Source: an uncultured Planctomycetota bacterium
GTDB lineage: Bacteria; Planctomycetota; Planctomycetia; Pirellulales; Lacipirellulaceae
Direction: 5' to 3'
Length of the DNA: 64,000 nucleotides
Assembly: GCA_963719315.1 (NCBI GenBank)
Contig: CAVRBU010000005.1
Coordinates: forward strand, 96,001-160,000
In this document: positions 11,174 to 22,679 of the stretch, in pieces
Position numbering within the stretch: the stretch's first letter is position 1
Layout: every line of letters starts with the position of its first letter
Notes under the pieces: generated by a model
What the model was told of the DNA's origin: nothing
The model's database searches: none
The model's input: only the letters and a program-made list of their open reading frames with translations
Translations under genes and position numbers: made by a program

Positions 11174-11289
11174 GGGGATTTTTGCCAACCGGGCATATTC
11201 GGGGCAGCCCGAGAAAGCGACTAACACGATGAGTCAACCGCTCTTCTTATTTGTCACGTTTTTCCGTTCCCAGAGTTTTGGCTTTCGGC

Positions 11290-11688
11290 TCATCCGGACG
11301 GCCTAAACGATACCCGCCAAGCTGCCAGCAGCATATAGCCAGTTGGCGATGGTTTAATTTCGCGGCAACTTCGGGCTGTTCGCGAATATGTAGGAACACC
11401 ATGGAAGAACCAAGAGACTAACGAGTGCAGGCACCAGAGGCCAAGGAAACCATACTCGCAATGACTGCATTTGTGCGAGTTTATCGCGAAGTGTACGTCG
11501 CATAAGAGCGCCGCCAATACCAATACGAATATCAAAGTCGCTGCAAGCGAAAAGGGAAACACAATTACCAGAACCTCGAACAATTCGTTGTGCTCTCCCG
11601 CCAGCGCGCCCAATAGTACCGCAACGTAAGTAGTAAGAATGAACATTCCGAGCAGACTGAATTGAAGGCCACGTTTCTTGTTGGTCAT
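11290..11688 (-). CDS. hypothetical membrane protein
   Basis: MTNKKRGLQFSLLGMFILTTYVAV planctomycete-type motif with several TM segments. Confidence 0.5.
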   Translation of the reverse strand: MTNKKRGLQFSLLGMFILTTYVAVLLGALAGEHNELFEVLVIVFPFSLAATLIFVLVLAALLCDVHFAINSHKCSHCEYGFLGLWCLHSLVSWFFHGVPTYSRTARSCREIKPSPTGYMLLAAWRVSFRPSG

Positions 11689-11748
11689 TGCCCCGCCCCC
11701 AGCGCCATTTCGCGACGCCACGAACTGCTTCACGCCTCAAACGCGAGG

Positions 11749-12313
11749 CTAGGGATCGAGCTGCGCGAAGAGATCGCTGACGCTGCAACGAAACCCTGGC
11801 GCCACCGATTCACCATCGAGTGTATCACTGCCACTCAGCACGCGAATGTCCGTCAGCGAGCGATAGACCGTGACGCTTCGACCACCTGGATAGACGACCC
11901 ATCCCAATTCAACGCCCGCCGATATCCAGCGCCGCATTTTGTCGTCTACTTCTTCGGCCGTATCACTGGGCGAAACAATTTCCACGACGAAGGCTGGTGC
12001 TTCGGGGAAGAACTCTTTAGGGATGCCTATGGCTTGAACGCGATCATTTCGAATGAATGAGAACGTCGGGAGCAAGCACCGTGTCGGGATTTCGCCCAAT
12101 CTGAAAACCAGTTTCAGCACCAAAAACAAGTCCGAGTTTTTTCCTTTTTACGTGCTCTGCCAATCGATAGGCAACTTCCACGCTCAAAAAACCGTGCTCG
12201 CTTCCCGTGGGAGTCATTTTACGCAGTTCCCCCTCGATCAACTCGTACCGGAAGCCGTCATTCTGCTTACGAAATAGCTCGTCTGCAGTCGTGAGTCGCG
12301 TAGCGGTGCTCAT
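11749..12313 (-). CDS. Uma2-family putative endonuclease (frameshift near 12060)
   Basis: RYELIEGEL...H...GAETGF...TVLAPDV joins APAFVVEIVSPSD...WVVYP. Confidence 0.85.
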
Positions 12314-12346
12314 GCTGTAATTCTACCACGAGCCATGAGTTGCGGA

Positions 12347-13390
12347 TCACACCATCGCGTAGAAGCCCACGAATTCCTTGCACGAGACCGGCTTGATCTT
12401 GCGGGCCTGGCCGGCCTGGCCGAAAGCGGTCATGCGGCATACGCAGACTTTTTTCATCGCGTCGCGAGCCGGCTTCAGGTAGTCACGGGGGTCGAATTTT
12501 TCGGGCGCTTCGGCAAACACTTTGCGGATCGCCCCGGTGATTGCAAGGCGGTTATCCGTATCGACGTTGATCTTGCGAACGCCGTGTTTGATGCCGCGTT
12601 GGATTTCTTCAACCGGCACGCCCCAGGTTTGCTTGAGCTTGCCGCCGAATTTGTTGATGACGTCTTGCAGGTCTTGCGGCACGCTGCTCGAGCCGTGCAT
12701 TACGAGGTGGCAATTCGGCAGCCGGCGATGTATCTCTTCGATGCGGTCCATCGCCAGCACTTCACCCGTGGGCTTGCGCGTGAACTTGTACGCGCCGTGG
12801 CTCGTACCGATGGCGACGGCCAGCGCATCGACGCCCGTTTCGGCGACAAACCGTTCGGCTTCATCCGGATCGGTGAGCAGCTGGTCGTGCGTCAATTGGC
12901 CCTCGGCCCCGTGGCCGTCTTCCTTTTCGCCGTGGCCCGATTCGAGCGAGCCGAGGCAGCCCAGCTCGCCTTCGACGGAGACGCCGCGGGCGTGCGCTTC
13001 CTCACAGACTTCGCGCGTAACCTTCACGTTGTAGTCGAAGTCGGCCGGCGTCTTGCCATCCTCCTTCAGCGACCCATCCATCATCACCGAAGTAAAGTTG
13101 TTGTCGATCGCGCTCTTGCACGTGGCCGGGCTATTACCGTGATCCTGGTGCATGCAAATCGGCAGCTCGGGGTACAACTCGGCGGCAGCCAGCATCAGGT
13201 GCTTCAGGTAGTTGTCCTGCGAGTACGAGCGGGCGCCGCGCGAGGCCTGCACGATGACGGGTGAGTCGGTCTCGCGAGCGGCCTCCATGATGGCCTGGAT
13301 CTGCTCCATGTTGTTGACGTTGAACGCCGCAAGGCCGTAGTCGTTTTCGGCGGCATGATCGAGAAGCAGACGCATAGGAACGAGAGGCAT
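12347..13390 (-). CDS. fba: class II fructose-bisphosphate aldolase
   Basis: [43 protein letters not shown]. Confidence 0.95.
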   Translation of the reverse strand: MPLVPMRLLLDHAAENDYGLAAFNVNNMEQIQAIMEAARETDSPVIVQASRGARSYSQDNYLKHLMLAAAELYPELPICMHQDHGNSPATCKSAIDNNFTSVMMDGSLKEDGKTPADFDYNVKVTREVCEEAHARGVSVEGELGCLGSLESGHGEKEDGHGAEGQLTHDQLLTDPDEAERFVAETGVDALAVAIGTSHGAYKFTRKPTGEVLAMDRIEEIHRRLPNCHLVMHGSSSVPQDLQDVINKFGGKLKQTWGVPVEEIQRGIKHGVRKINVDTDNRLAITGAIRKVFAEAPEKFDPRDYLKPARDAMKKVCVCRMTAFGQAGQARKIKPVSCKEFVGFYAMV

Positions 13391-13583
13391 AATGGAACTC
13401 CTTATCGACGGGGATCGCGGGCCAATTCGGCCGGTCGCGTTTGATATCGTTATAGAACCCGTATTTTAGCGGTATCGGACCGCGTCGGGGAGGGTACAGC
13501 AGAATCCCTTCCAAGGCCAGATTCGCGGCAGGACCGTCAGTGCTGCTCGCTCGAGAGGCGGCGCTAATGCATCGTTGCTGCCG

Positions 13584-16500
13584 CTAAACGATTGAAATCC
13601 CATCCTTCAACAGCGTATTGCCGAAATGCAAATTGCGAATGATTAGATCGTCGCCATTCACAACGCCGTTGTCGTCGCCGTCGGCTGCCAGGTTCGAACC
13701 AGTTTGATCAAGTTGGATTTGATAGATTATGTAATCAGCGGCATCGACTTCGTCATTCCCGTTGTAATCACCAATGAGTTCAAACACCTTGTCCACCATC
13801 GCGCCAGACACCCAACCGACACGGGTCGAGCCGTCGATACCGCGGAGAATAAGCGACTGCTCGATCTCCAAATCGCCCTCCGATATGTTCATTTCAATCG
13901 AACCTGGGGCGGTGGTGCGCTCGCGCGTAAGTACAAAATCCCAAGCCGGCAGCCAGATTTCCTGAGCGCCGGTCGTCTTGGCGAGATTAATTGCCTCACG
14001 GAGCGACAGCTTGGACGCACCGTGGGTGACGTCCCATGTATCGGCCACGCTGGTCACGACGTAATCAACTGACCCGATGTGATCGGTCAAGGCTTGCGTG
14101 AAACCGGTGACGCCCGTGGCAAACCGGTTATTGCCTAGTGAACTGAGAGTCCGATTGGCGCCAACGAATATGTTGGGGTTGTTTCCCAAACTGTCGGTGT
14201 TGTTGGCCACGATCGTGGTTTCGATTGTCACCGTGCCGCCAGTGTCGGTGGAGCTGGCTAAATAGATACCACCTGCTGTGTTGGCCGCTGAATTGGAAGT
14301 AATGACGCTGGCCTTGATCGCGCCGGAGGCGTAACGGTCGAAATAGATGCCTCCGCCATTGCCGTTGTTGCCGGTTTGGTTGCTGACGATCGCGCTGTAG
14401 CTCAGGTGCAGCTCGCCATAATCCTGTACGCGAATAGCGCCGCCATTCCACTGATTCGGGGTGTTTACGGCATGGCCCATCATGAGCGTGACTCGTTGCA
14501 AGTCGAGCGTCGCAAAGGAGTTGACATTCAAGACGCGGTCGACGCTGGACGACAGTCCGCTCGCATCGATGATGCTCACGCCTGCGCCAGCTCCGATGAT
14601 CGTGAGCTCGCCAATGACATCCAAATCGCCTTGTGTATCGTAGAGCCCGCCGGAGATACTGAGCAAATTCGTCCCCGCCGGCAGGAAGATATAGGCTTTG
14701 AGGCCATCGAAGTTGGTCTGCTGGACAGCCGCGCGCAGCGTAATCTGGTCGTCCGCGTCCATGCTGCTGTCTGCGCGGCCGTCCTCAAGCGAGAAATCGG
14801 CCGCGTCGGCTAAAGTTGGGTCGACAAAATAACCGGTGTGCGTCCCGTCGCTATCAAGCACAAACACATTGTCCTCGCCGGCGCCGCCGATGAAGTTGAA
14901 GTCGAAACCGGCTCGCGGCAGCGGATCGCCGGCAATGAAATCAATCGTAAACGTGTCAGCGCCATCGTCGCCGTTGTACACGAAGTTGCGGAGCGCGCTC
15001 GCCCCCCTGCCAAAGAGCGTGAGGTGATCGGTACCAGTGCCGCCATTTACGGTGATATTGGCATCAATGTTCGCGTCAATAAATATTGTGTCAGTTTCTG
15101 CCAACCCGCTGATAACGATCGAGTTTACCGTGGCCATGAGTCCAGCGAATTGGATGTGGCCATTAACGGTCACCTCGAGATAGTTGGGATTAAGAATGCT
15201 CAGGCCCACCACAATGTTATCACTGGTTGCCGTGCCACCATCGTCGCCTGCGATCGTCAGGACGTTGTCGCCGGTAACGCTCAGCAACGACGCGTTGGCG
15301 TAAATCGCGTCGAGATCGGTTCCTCCGCCTGGAATGCGGCTGGCCCACATAGCATGTGCCGTACCACCGTAAGCTGCAAATCCAATATATTCGAGATAAT
15401 CAAACTCGTTTCCGTCATGCTCGTTCGAAGATTGGCGGCTGACATTAGCAGCAGTAAAAGTTACTCCGCCGTCAGTACTCGTTGCGATCCGTGCATTCAC
15501 ATCACCTGGGGCTTGGCCGCCATCCGTGGTGTAGTACAACACGTTGACGCTACCCGTAATCTGATCCACATCGACCCAGGGATGAAAGTTATTTGCGTCG
15601 GCGTTCTCCACCGTCACGCGGTTCCAAATTACGGCGGCATTTGACGCCGCAGTGTCAGCGTTATCGCAGTAGGCAAGATAGATTTTTGTATCTGGGAGGT
15701 CGGCAGCGTCCGTGGCAACGTCAACGTAAACCAAGTAGAGCCGGCCGCTAGTTCTGTCAATGTCGAGAGCAGGAACAGAATAGATGCCGTTAACGGGTGC
15801 CGCATAAGTTTGGTAGTTATACAACGAGTAGTTGAGATTGGTCCCGCCAATCGCAGCATCGCTCTCGAACGTAGAGATACCCCACAGGCCGTCCAAATCA
15901 CGGTCAAAGAGGAGGGTGCCTACACCGGGAGTGCTTAACATGTCGCGATGCCAACTCACGTACAACTCACCAGTCCGGTCAACCGCGAAGTCCGGAAAGT
16001 ATTCTCTAGAAGCTGGGTTTTCGTTCACCTGCACAGCGGGCAAGAACGAGAAAGCGTCCGCATGCCCCAATTCGTGCGATCCAGTTACCTTGATGTAAAC
16101 GTAACTCTGACCTTCGAGGACCTGCGTATATGATACGTAAACCGCTGGAACATTATTGATGGGGTCAATCCCGACAGCGAGCCCCGGCGTATGAAATATG
16201 GTGCCGCCGAGGGACTCGTCGACTTTTCTGAAATCGCCAATTTGGAACGTTGTGCCGCCATCGAAGCTCCGAGCGGCGATAAACATGCTAATAGCAATTC
16301 CTCCCGGCGTCGGCGCAGTCGAAGAGAATGAATAGCAGATGTAGAGATTCCCAAGAGTATCGAAGGCGATGGCGGGATCGTAACGATTGCCTGGATTCTG
16401 CGCATCAGCAACGGCCGCTGTAAGCAGCGTGTCATGCGCGAGATCAATCGTGGTGACGCCCCAATTGGCACCTCCGTCGTGAGTATGCAAGACATCAATT

Positions 16501-16805
16501 ACGTTCTCCGTAGGAAGTCGATGTGTGATTCCCGCAATGTTGAGCGGATTCGCCGGATTGACATCCAGCATGATTTCGTCTTGCGTCGTCGTGCTGGATA
16601 GCTGTTGACCAAGCGCCTGTTGGCTGACGTTTACGGGTAGGCTCCCGACCGGCATTTGTGGCCCGTTAAGGACCAAGTTGACGGACAGCAGGCTTCGATC
16701 TTCAAGTTATTCAAAAAATGTGCGGCGCGTGTAGTCTGAGACGGTTCGTCGGGTTCGGCGCAGACGCTTAACGCGCCGTCCGAAGAATCGTGGAATGCCA
16801 TTCAT
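13584..16805 (-). pseudogene. large exoprotein (Asp-box/sialidase-like region, CSLREA-like motifs, beta-helix, dockerin-like C-terminus) with in-frame TAA at 16707-16709
   Basis: RRTFFE*LEDRSLL planctomycete export motif; THDGGANW, SFDGGTTF, STDGGVTF; TLRAAV, SLREAI; GDYNGNDEVDAADY. Confidence 0.7.
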
Positions 16806-16831
16806 CAGCGAATCCTTTCCTGCCGGTAGTT

Positions 16832-17479
16832 CTATCGCCTGCTTCGAATTCTCAGTAACAATGTCAGCGCAAATTCCACGAGCAGCAAACACGATGGCTC
16901 TGGCACAACGGTTAACGAGTCAAGACTCGCAAAAATGTCGACCCGGGGGCTCATAAGGTTGGCGCCCAGCAATGTCATATGCATTTGCGGCTCGAACGCT
17001 CCATCAAGCGACGGCGGCGACAAGGGAAGTACGTTAGGGTCCGAAAACAAGTTGTCTTTGGTAACGCCGAGGCCAAAAAATGTGCGGTAAATAGCCGCCG
17101 GAAGTGGCGGACTCGACGTGAACTCTATAAGACCGCCCACTCCATAGGAGTTTTGAGTAATACCAATGGGATAAGAGAGGGCTTCGAGCCAAAGATTTCC
17201 AATAAGGACGCGTAAGGCTGTATCCGGCAAGCTGATATTGAAGACGCCCCTACTGGGATCCTGAACATCGTCTGGTGTCGTCGAGTCAAATCTATAGAAG
17301 CCGGTAATTGGATCGCCAATCCCCGGAAAATCGAAGCCTTCTAAGTTATCTCTATCAACTACAGTTGTAACGGTGCCGGAGAACTGAAACGTGATTAGCT
17401 CGCCGCTGGATTCGGTCGCTAACGACACGCTCAGAAGAATCGCGCCAAGTATCGCACAAGTTCGCAGAATTCGATTCAT
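16832..17479 (-). CDS. PEP-CTERM-type exoprotein
   Basis: Signal peptide; C-terminal VPEPS + hydrophobic stretch + RIRSRR. Confidence 0.8.
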   Translation of the reverse strand: MNRILRTCAILGAILLSVSLATESSGELITFQFSGTVTTVVDRDNLEGFDFPGIGDPITGFYRFDSTTPDDVQDPSRGVFNISLPDTALRVLIGNLWLEALSYPIGITQNSYGVGGLIEFTSSPPLPAAIYRTFFGLGVTKDNLFSDPNVLPLSPPSLDGAFEPQMHMTLLGANLMSPRVDIFASLDSLTVVPEPSCLLLVEFALTLLLRIRSRR

Positions 17480-17555
17480 GATGCGACCCCGTCGATTTGG
17501 ACTTACGCGGAGCAATTCGATAACGTCGATTGGCCTTCAACCAACAATCATCTTA

Positions 17556-18522
17556 GAACCCCTAACAATACTGTCTACTAGCAGTGCTAGTAATTGATTC
17601 GAGTCGTTGTGGAAGATGTAAAACTTGTTTTTGAAATTGCAGTCGTGACACGGCGTTGATTGTCCCCAGAATTCCTTTGGAGTGAAACCAACTATCTGGA
17701 GGACCAACGATGGCTAAAGAATTAGTTCCTGACGAATTGTGGGAGATGTTGTCTCCTTTACTCCCTGAACACGAACCGAGCCCCAAAGGAGGCCGACCGC
17801 GGATCGATGATCGCAAAGTCTTGACCGGAATCATTTTTGTTTTACGAACGGGTATTCCTTGGGAATATCTTCCCCTGGAAATGGGATGTGGATCTGGAAT
17901 GACCTGCTGGCGACGGTTACAGGAGTGGCACGAAGCAGGCGTCTGGGAGGCGTTGAAACAAACATTGTTGGAGAATCTGCACAGCGCCGATCAACTCGAT
18001 TGGTCGCGAGCGGCAGTCGATAGTGCGACGGTTCGTGCTGTAGGGGGCGGCGAAAAAACGGGACCGAACCCAACGGATCGGCGAAAACCCGGCAGTAAAC
18101 ATCATGTGGTCACCGATGCGAACGGCGTCCCGCTCAAATTCATTCTCACCGCCGCCAATCGACACGACGTGACCCAACTGATCCCGTTGATTGACGGAAT
18201 CGAGCCGGTGGCGGGCAAACCGGGCCGGCCGAAACAGCGTCCGGAAGAGGTGTATGCGGATCGGGCGTACGACTCCGAAAAGCACCGACAAGCACTCCGC
18301 GATCGCGGCATCAAACCCCACTTGGCTAAACGCAATACGGAACATGGCAGCGGCCTAGGAATTTATCGTTGGGTTTCCGAACGTACGCTCAGTTGGATGA
18401 ATAATTTCCGGCGGCTGCGAACGCGATTTGATCGGAGGGCCGATATCCATAAAGCCTTTGTGACTCTGGCTCAATCTCTCATCTGCTTCAACATACTCAC
18501 CGAAGGGTTTTGTTAGGGGTTC
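17556..18522 (+). mobile_element. IS5-family insertion sequence
   Basis: TIRs gaacccctaacaa / ttgttaggggttc, flanked by TTA on both sides. Confidence 0.9.
17710..18516 (+). CDS. IS5-family DDE transposase
   Basis: GGRPRIDDR, TGIPWEYLP, AVDSATV, GEKTGPNPTDR, ADRAYD, RWVSERT. Confidence 0.93.
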   Translation: MAKELVPDELWEMLSPLLPEHEPSPKGGRPRIDDRKVLTGIIFVLRTGIPWEYLPLEMGCGSGMTCWRRLQEWHEAGVWEALKQTLLENLHSADQLDWSRAAVDSATVRAVGGGEKTGPNPTDRRKPGSKHHVVTDANGVPLKFILTAANRHDVTQLIPLIDGIEPVAGKPGRPKQRPEEVYADRAYDSEKHRQALRDRGIKPHLAKRNTEHGSGLGIYRWVSERTLSWMNNFRRLRTRFDRRADIHKAFVTLAQSLICFNILTEGFC

Positions 18523-18695
18523 TTAGCATCATTTCAAAGGAAGACAGAACTTTTGGCTAAATCCGGCCAAATGCAGCGGATTGATTGAGTTCTCTTCGAG
18601 CGTCATCTCGCTCTGATATGCCATTGGCTGTTTGCTGCGGAATTCGGCTCACGGCTTCAGCTGAGAGTTCGGCCGAACGAAGCGAGCCAACTACA

Positions 18696-19583
18696 CTACA
18701 AATTCGCGGCGTTGGCGAACGTGTCGCTGGGGGGCACTTCGGCCAGGCGGATCAGAATCAGCTTTTGCCGCAGGCCGTCGGCGGAGTCGACCGTGTGGAA
18801 GTAGTGGCCGAGCCGGCTGCCGGCGTCCGGCAGGCTCATCAGCACGAGTGATTCGCCGGGGGCGAGCTTCACGGATATCCGGAGACGATCGAAGACCTCG
18901 CGATCGCGGCCCATTACCTGCCGCATGATGCCTTCCTCACCGCTGTAGCGGAGCCGCGAGGCGCCGTAGTGCAATTCGGGCGTGAGCTCGACCAGCGTCG
19001 ATCGGTCGGGCTGCGGATCGACGCGGAGCGCGTAAATGGCCTGCGCCTGTTCGTAGGTGTGGCCGCCGAGCTCGGCGCCGCCTCTGACCAATAGCGGCAG
19101 CGAAGCGTAGACTTCGGAGGCTTGAATTTCGGTGCGTTGCTTGCGGCGCAAGCGGGTCGTGCGACCGTGCACGATCGGTTCGGAGAGCAGCTCGGCGGTT
19201 TGCACTTTGGTCGAGGGCGTGGGATCTCCGACGGGCGGCGGCGCGTCCGGTCGCTCGTCTTGATGCATGATCTTGGCGATGGCCGGCGGCATGGCGCCGG
19301 AGATCACGCCGGCGCGGAAGCCGTTATTGATCAATTCGCGCCGGACGGCGGGCTCGATCTGCGTCTCGTCGATTTCTTGCCAGGCCGAATCATCCAGAAC
19401 CGGATCGTTTGCCGGAAAGCGGGCCCATACGATGTCCATCGCCACGCTATCGGGCGAGGCCTGCGCGGGCTGCAACGGCGAGCGGCCTTTGAGTGAGACG
19501 TGCGCACGGGTAAATGGTTGGCAGCCGCTCGCCAGGCAGGTGAGCAGCGCAAGCGCGGCGCCGAAGTGAGTGGCGGTTTTCAT
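18696..19583 (-). CDS. hypothetical lipoprotein
   Basis: MKTATHFGAALALLTCLASGC lipobox followed by a globular domain. Confidence 0.65.
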   Translation of the reverse strand: MKTATHFGAALALLTCLASGCQPFTRAHVSLKGRSPLQPAQASPDSVAMDIVWARFPANDPVLDDSAWQEIDETQIEPAVRRELINNGFRAGVISGAMPPAIAKIMHQDERPDAPPPVGDPTPSTKVQTAELLSEPIVHGRTTRLRRKQRTEIQASEVYASLPLLVRGGAELGGHTYEQAQAIYALRVDPQPDRSTLVELTPELHYGASRLRYSGEEGIMRQVMGRDREVFDRLRISVKLAPGESLVLMSLPDAGSRLGHYFHTVDSADGLRQKLILIRLAEVPPSDTFANAANL

Positions 19584-19755
19584 CAATCGCGCGGCCAGAA
19601 GAGTGGGTTCCAATCCCTTGGAACGGGCCGCGGAGAGTAGATAAAACGGCAATCGCCGTCAATGCAAGCTGTCGTCGTTGAGATGGGCGGCGCTAGCACA
19701 CCGCGCGTTGAGAACTCGCTCGCGCTCGACCCGAGCCACCCGGCCGTGCCCCTAC

Positions 19756-20331
19756 TTACTTCTTGATTTCACCTTCGAACGTCGGGCGGACGCTGTGTTC
19801 GACGACGCGGTCGCGGACGCCGACGAACTCCAGCACCGCGCGTGTGCCAGCATCGCCGAGACGTGGCTTGGCAAGGCGAAGAATTCTCGTGTAGCCGCCG
19901 GGGCGATCGGTGAAACGGGGGGCGACCTCGGTGAATAGCGCGCGAACGGCGCCCTTATCGCCGAGAAGTTGCAAGCAGCGACGCCGGGCGGCGACGGCCG
20001 GGGCGATCGCCTGATTCCACTTGCTCCAACGTTCGCTCTGGCGCCACGCTTTCCAACTATCGCTGCCTCGGTCGGCGGTCGTGCCGAACTCGTCGGCCGC
20101 CTGCTCTGCCACGAGGCCGCGGCGGGCGACGGTGATGCATTTCTCGACGAGCGGACGGACTTCCTTGGCCTTTGAGATCGTGGTAATGATCCGACCCTTG
20201 ACCTTGGGCTTGTTGTCGTCGAATTCGGCGTCACGCTCCGTTAGGAACAGCGCGCTGGCGAGGCTGCGGAGGAGCGCGCGTTGATGACTGGGGCTTCGGC
20301 CGAGCTTTCGGCCCTTTTTTCGATGTCGCAT
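19756..20331 (-). CDS. rplQ: 50S ribosomal protein L17 (with insertions)
   Basis: MRHRKKGRKLGRSPSHQRALL...RPGGYTRILRL. Confidence 0.95.
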   Translation of the reverse strand: MRHRKKGRKLGRSPSHQRALLRSLASALFLTERDAEFDDNKPKVKGRIITTISKAKEVRPLVEKCITVARRGLVAEQAADEFGTTADRGSDSWKAWRQSERWSKWNQAIAPAVAARRRCLQLLGDKGAVRALFTEVAPRFTDRPGGYTRILRLAKPRLGDAGTRAVLEFVGVRDRVVEHSVRPTFEGEIKK

Positions 20332-20389
20332 GGTGCACCGTGTTCTTATCTTGCGAGCTAATCCGCAAGCGATTGTTTTGTTGCTTCTA

Positions 20390-21382
20390 CTAAACGCCAG
20401 CCGTGATCGCCGGGATCCGCATGCCCAGGTGGAGACCCAGGTCGCGCAGCTTGTTGCGAACTTCGGTGAGCGTGGTTTCACCGAAGTTGCGGACCTCCAA
20501 TAGTTGATCTTCCGACTTCGTGACGAGATCGCGAACGGTCAGGATATTCTCGGATTCGAGGCAGTTTCCGGCCCGCACAGACAAATTCAAATCCGCAAGG
20601 CTCATGGCCAACTTGGTCTCGAGGCCGGCGTCCATGTTGATCATGGTGTCTCGCGCCGGCGAGCGAACCATCGGGCCGAGCTCGGTGTATTGAACGAACG
20701 GATTGAGGTGCTTCCGCAAAATCTTGGCGGATTCGACGAGTGCCATTTCCGGCGCGACCGAGCCGTTGGTCCAAATCTCGAGCGTGAGCTTGTCGTAGTT
20801 CGTCTTTTGACCGACGCGCGTTTCCTCGATGCCGTAACGCACGCGGACCACGGGACTGTAAACGGCGTCGATCGGAATGATGCCGATTTCCTGAATGTTC
20901 TGGCTGTGCTCGCTGGCCGGAACGTAGCCGCGGCCGTTCTCGATGACCATCTCCATGACGAACGGTACATTATCGGTCAGCGTGGCGAGGGCGTGGTTAG
21001 GATTGAGGATTTCAATCGCCTCGTCGGTCTCGATATCGGATCCGAGCACCGGGCCGGCCGAGTTCTTCTCGACGCGCAGCACGCGCGTCGTTTCGCTGTG
21101 ATTTTTGACGATCAGCGATTTGACGTTGAGCACGATGTCGGTGAGGTCCTCGAAAACTCCTTTGATCGTCGTGAATTCGTGCTGCGCGTTGTGAACCTTG
21201 ATCTGCGTCACGGCGCTGCCTTCCAAGCTGGAAAGGAGCACGCGGCGCAGGCCGTTGCCGATCGTCGAGCCGAAGCCGCGCTCGAACGGCTCGGCAATAA
21301 ATTTGCCGTAGGTCGAGGTGAGGGAAGCCGCATCGCAGGTCACCGCACTGGGCAACTCGAGTCCGCGCCATCGAATATGCAT
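20390..21382 (-). CDS. rpoA: RNA polymerase alpha subunit
   Basis: [22 protein letters not shown]; alpha-[12 protein letters not shown]...RNFG. Confidence 0.97.
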   Translation of the reverse strand: MHIRWRGLELPSAVTCDAASLTSTYGKFIAEPFERGFGSTIGNGLRRVLLSSLEGSAVTQIKVHNAQHEFTTIKGVFEDLTDIVLNVKSLIVKNHSETTRVLRVEKNSAGPVLGSDIETDEAIEILNPNHALATLTDNVPFVMEMVIENGRGYVPASEHSQNIQEIGIIPIDAVYSPVVRVRYGIEETRVGQKTNYDKLTLEIWTNGSVAPEMALVESAKILRKHLNPFVQYTELGPMVRSPARDTMINMDAGLETKLAMSLADLNLSVRAGNCLESENILTVRDLVTKSEDQLLEVRNFGETTLTEVRNKLRDLGLHLGMRIPAITAGV

Positions 21383-21400
21383 GAGAGAGTCTCCACTGAA

Positions 21401-21466
21401 GGTTCGGGGTTCAGGGTTCGGGGTTCAAGTCGCCGGCTTTCAGATCTGAACTTGAGTACCGAACAC
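21401..21466. repeat. heptamer inverted-repeat hairpin (GGTTCRG family)
   Basis: ggttcgg ggttcag ggttcgg ggttcaa ... ctgaac ... ccgaacac. Confidence 0.7.
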
Positions 21467-22093
21467 TTATCGCGAGCAAAGCTCAACGATCAATTGCGTC
21501 TGTACGGGAATGGATACATCGTCGGCGGCGGGCAGTCGGCCGACGACGCCTTCCGGAATCTGGGCGTCGTTGCGGGACAAAAAATCGGGGATGTCGCGGC
21601 CGCCTTCGGACAATGCACCGCGGACCAGATCGAGGCTTTTGGCGCGATTCTTAACTCGAATCAGGTCGCCGATGCGGACCTGGTAACTCGGGATATCGAC
21701 GCGTCCGCCGTTGACGGTAATGTGGCCGTGGCGAATCATCTGCCGGGCCTGAGCCCGACTTTGACCGAAGCCCAACCGATGCACGACGTTATCCAGACGG
21801 CGTTCGAGCAACACCATGAGCGCGTCGCCAGTGTTGCCCTTGCCCTTCACGGCCTCGTGAAAATACTTGCGAAATTGTCGTTCCAAGACACCGTAATAGT
21901 GCTTCACCTTTTGCTTTTCGCGGAGGTGAGTGCCGTAATCGGTGAGCTTGCCGCGGCGGGTTTGATGCATGCCGGGCGGGTTTTCACGACGCTCGATCGC
22001 GCACTTCGGCGTATCGCAACGCGTGCCCTTCAAAAACAGCTTCATGCCGTCGCGGCGGCAGAGGCGACAGACGGGTCCGGTATATCGTGCCAT
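21467..22093 (-). CDS. rpsD: 30S ribosomal protein S4
   Basis: MARYTGPVCRLCRR, ERRLDNVV, ARQMIRHGH. Confidence 0.97.
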   Translation of the reverse strand: MARYTGPVCRLCRRDGMKLFLKGTRCDTPKCAIERRENPPGMHQTRRGKLTDYGTHLREKQKVKHYYGVLERQFRKYFHEAVKGKGNTGDALMVLLERRLDNVVHRLGFGQSRAQARQMIRHGHITVNGGRVDIPSYQVRIGDLIRVKNRAKSLDLVRGALSEGGRDIPDFLSRNDAQIPEGVVGRLPAADDVSIPVQTQLIVELCSR

Positions 22094-22097
22094 GAAT

Positions 22098-22181
22098 GGG
22101 TTCAGGGTCAGGGGTCAGGGGTCTGATTAAGTGCTCGGGCTCGGGTGCAAGGCTCTTCGCTGAACCCTGAACCCTAAACCC
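22098..22181. repeat. heptamer inverted-repeat hairpin (GGGTCAG / CTGAACC)
   Basis: gggttca gggtcag gggtcag gggtc ... ctgaacc ctgaacc ctaaacc. Confidence 0.8.
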
Positions 22182-22183
22182 AC

Positions 22184-22597
22184 TTACACGCGGCGTTTCT
22201 TGCGGGGACGGCAACCGTTGTGCGGCAACGGCGTGATGTCTTCAATGGATTTGACTTTCAAGCCGGCGGCTTCGAGCGCGGTGATCGCGCTTTCGCGGCC
22301 GCTGCCGGGGCCTTTCACCTTGACTTCAACTTCCTTGACGCCGTATTTCTTGGCCTTGTCGGCCGCTTGCTGGGCCGCCATCTGGCCGGCGAAGGGCGTG
22401 CTCTTGCGGCTGCCTTTGAAGCCGCTCGTGCCGGCGCTGGCCCAGCACAGCGTATCGCCCTTGGTGTCGGTGATCGTGACGGTCGTGTTGTTGAACGTCG
22501 CTTGGATAAAAGCGACGCCCACCGACACGTTGCGACGCGCTTTCTTCTTGGCTGCCTTCGTGCTGGTTGCGGCGGGAGCCGCTGCTTCTTTCGACAT
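22184..22597 (-). CDS. rpsK: 30S ribosomal protein S11
   Basis: [31 protein letters not shown]. Confidence 0.97.
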   Translation of the reverse strand: MSKEAAAPAATSTKAAKKKARRNVSVGVAFIQATFNNTTVTITDTKGDTLCWASAGTSGFKGSRKSTPFAGQMAAQQAADKAKKYGVKEVEVKVKGPGSGRESAITALEAAGLKVKSIEDITPLPHNGCRPRKKRRV

Positions 22598-22679
22598 GAT
22601 AGTGGAAGTAATCTCAGTTTTCGTTCTAGCTAAGCCGCCAGCGGCGAAATGTGCCGTGCCCGCTCAGCGGTAATCGTTT

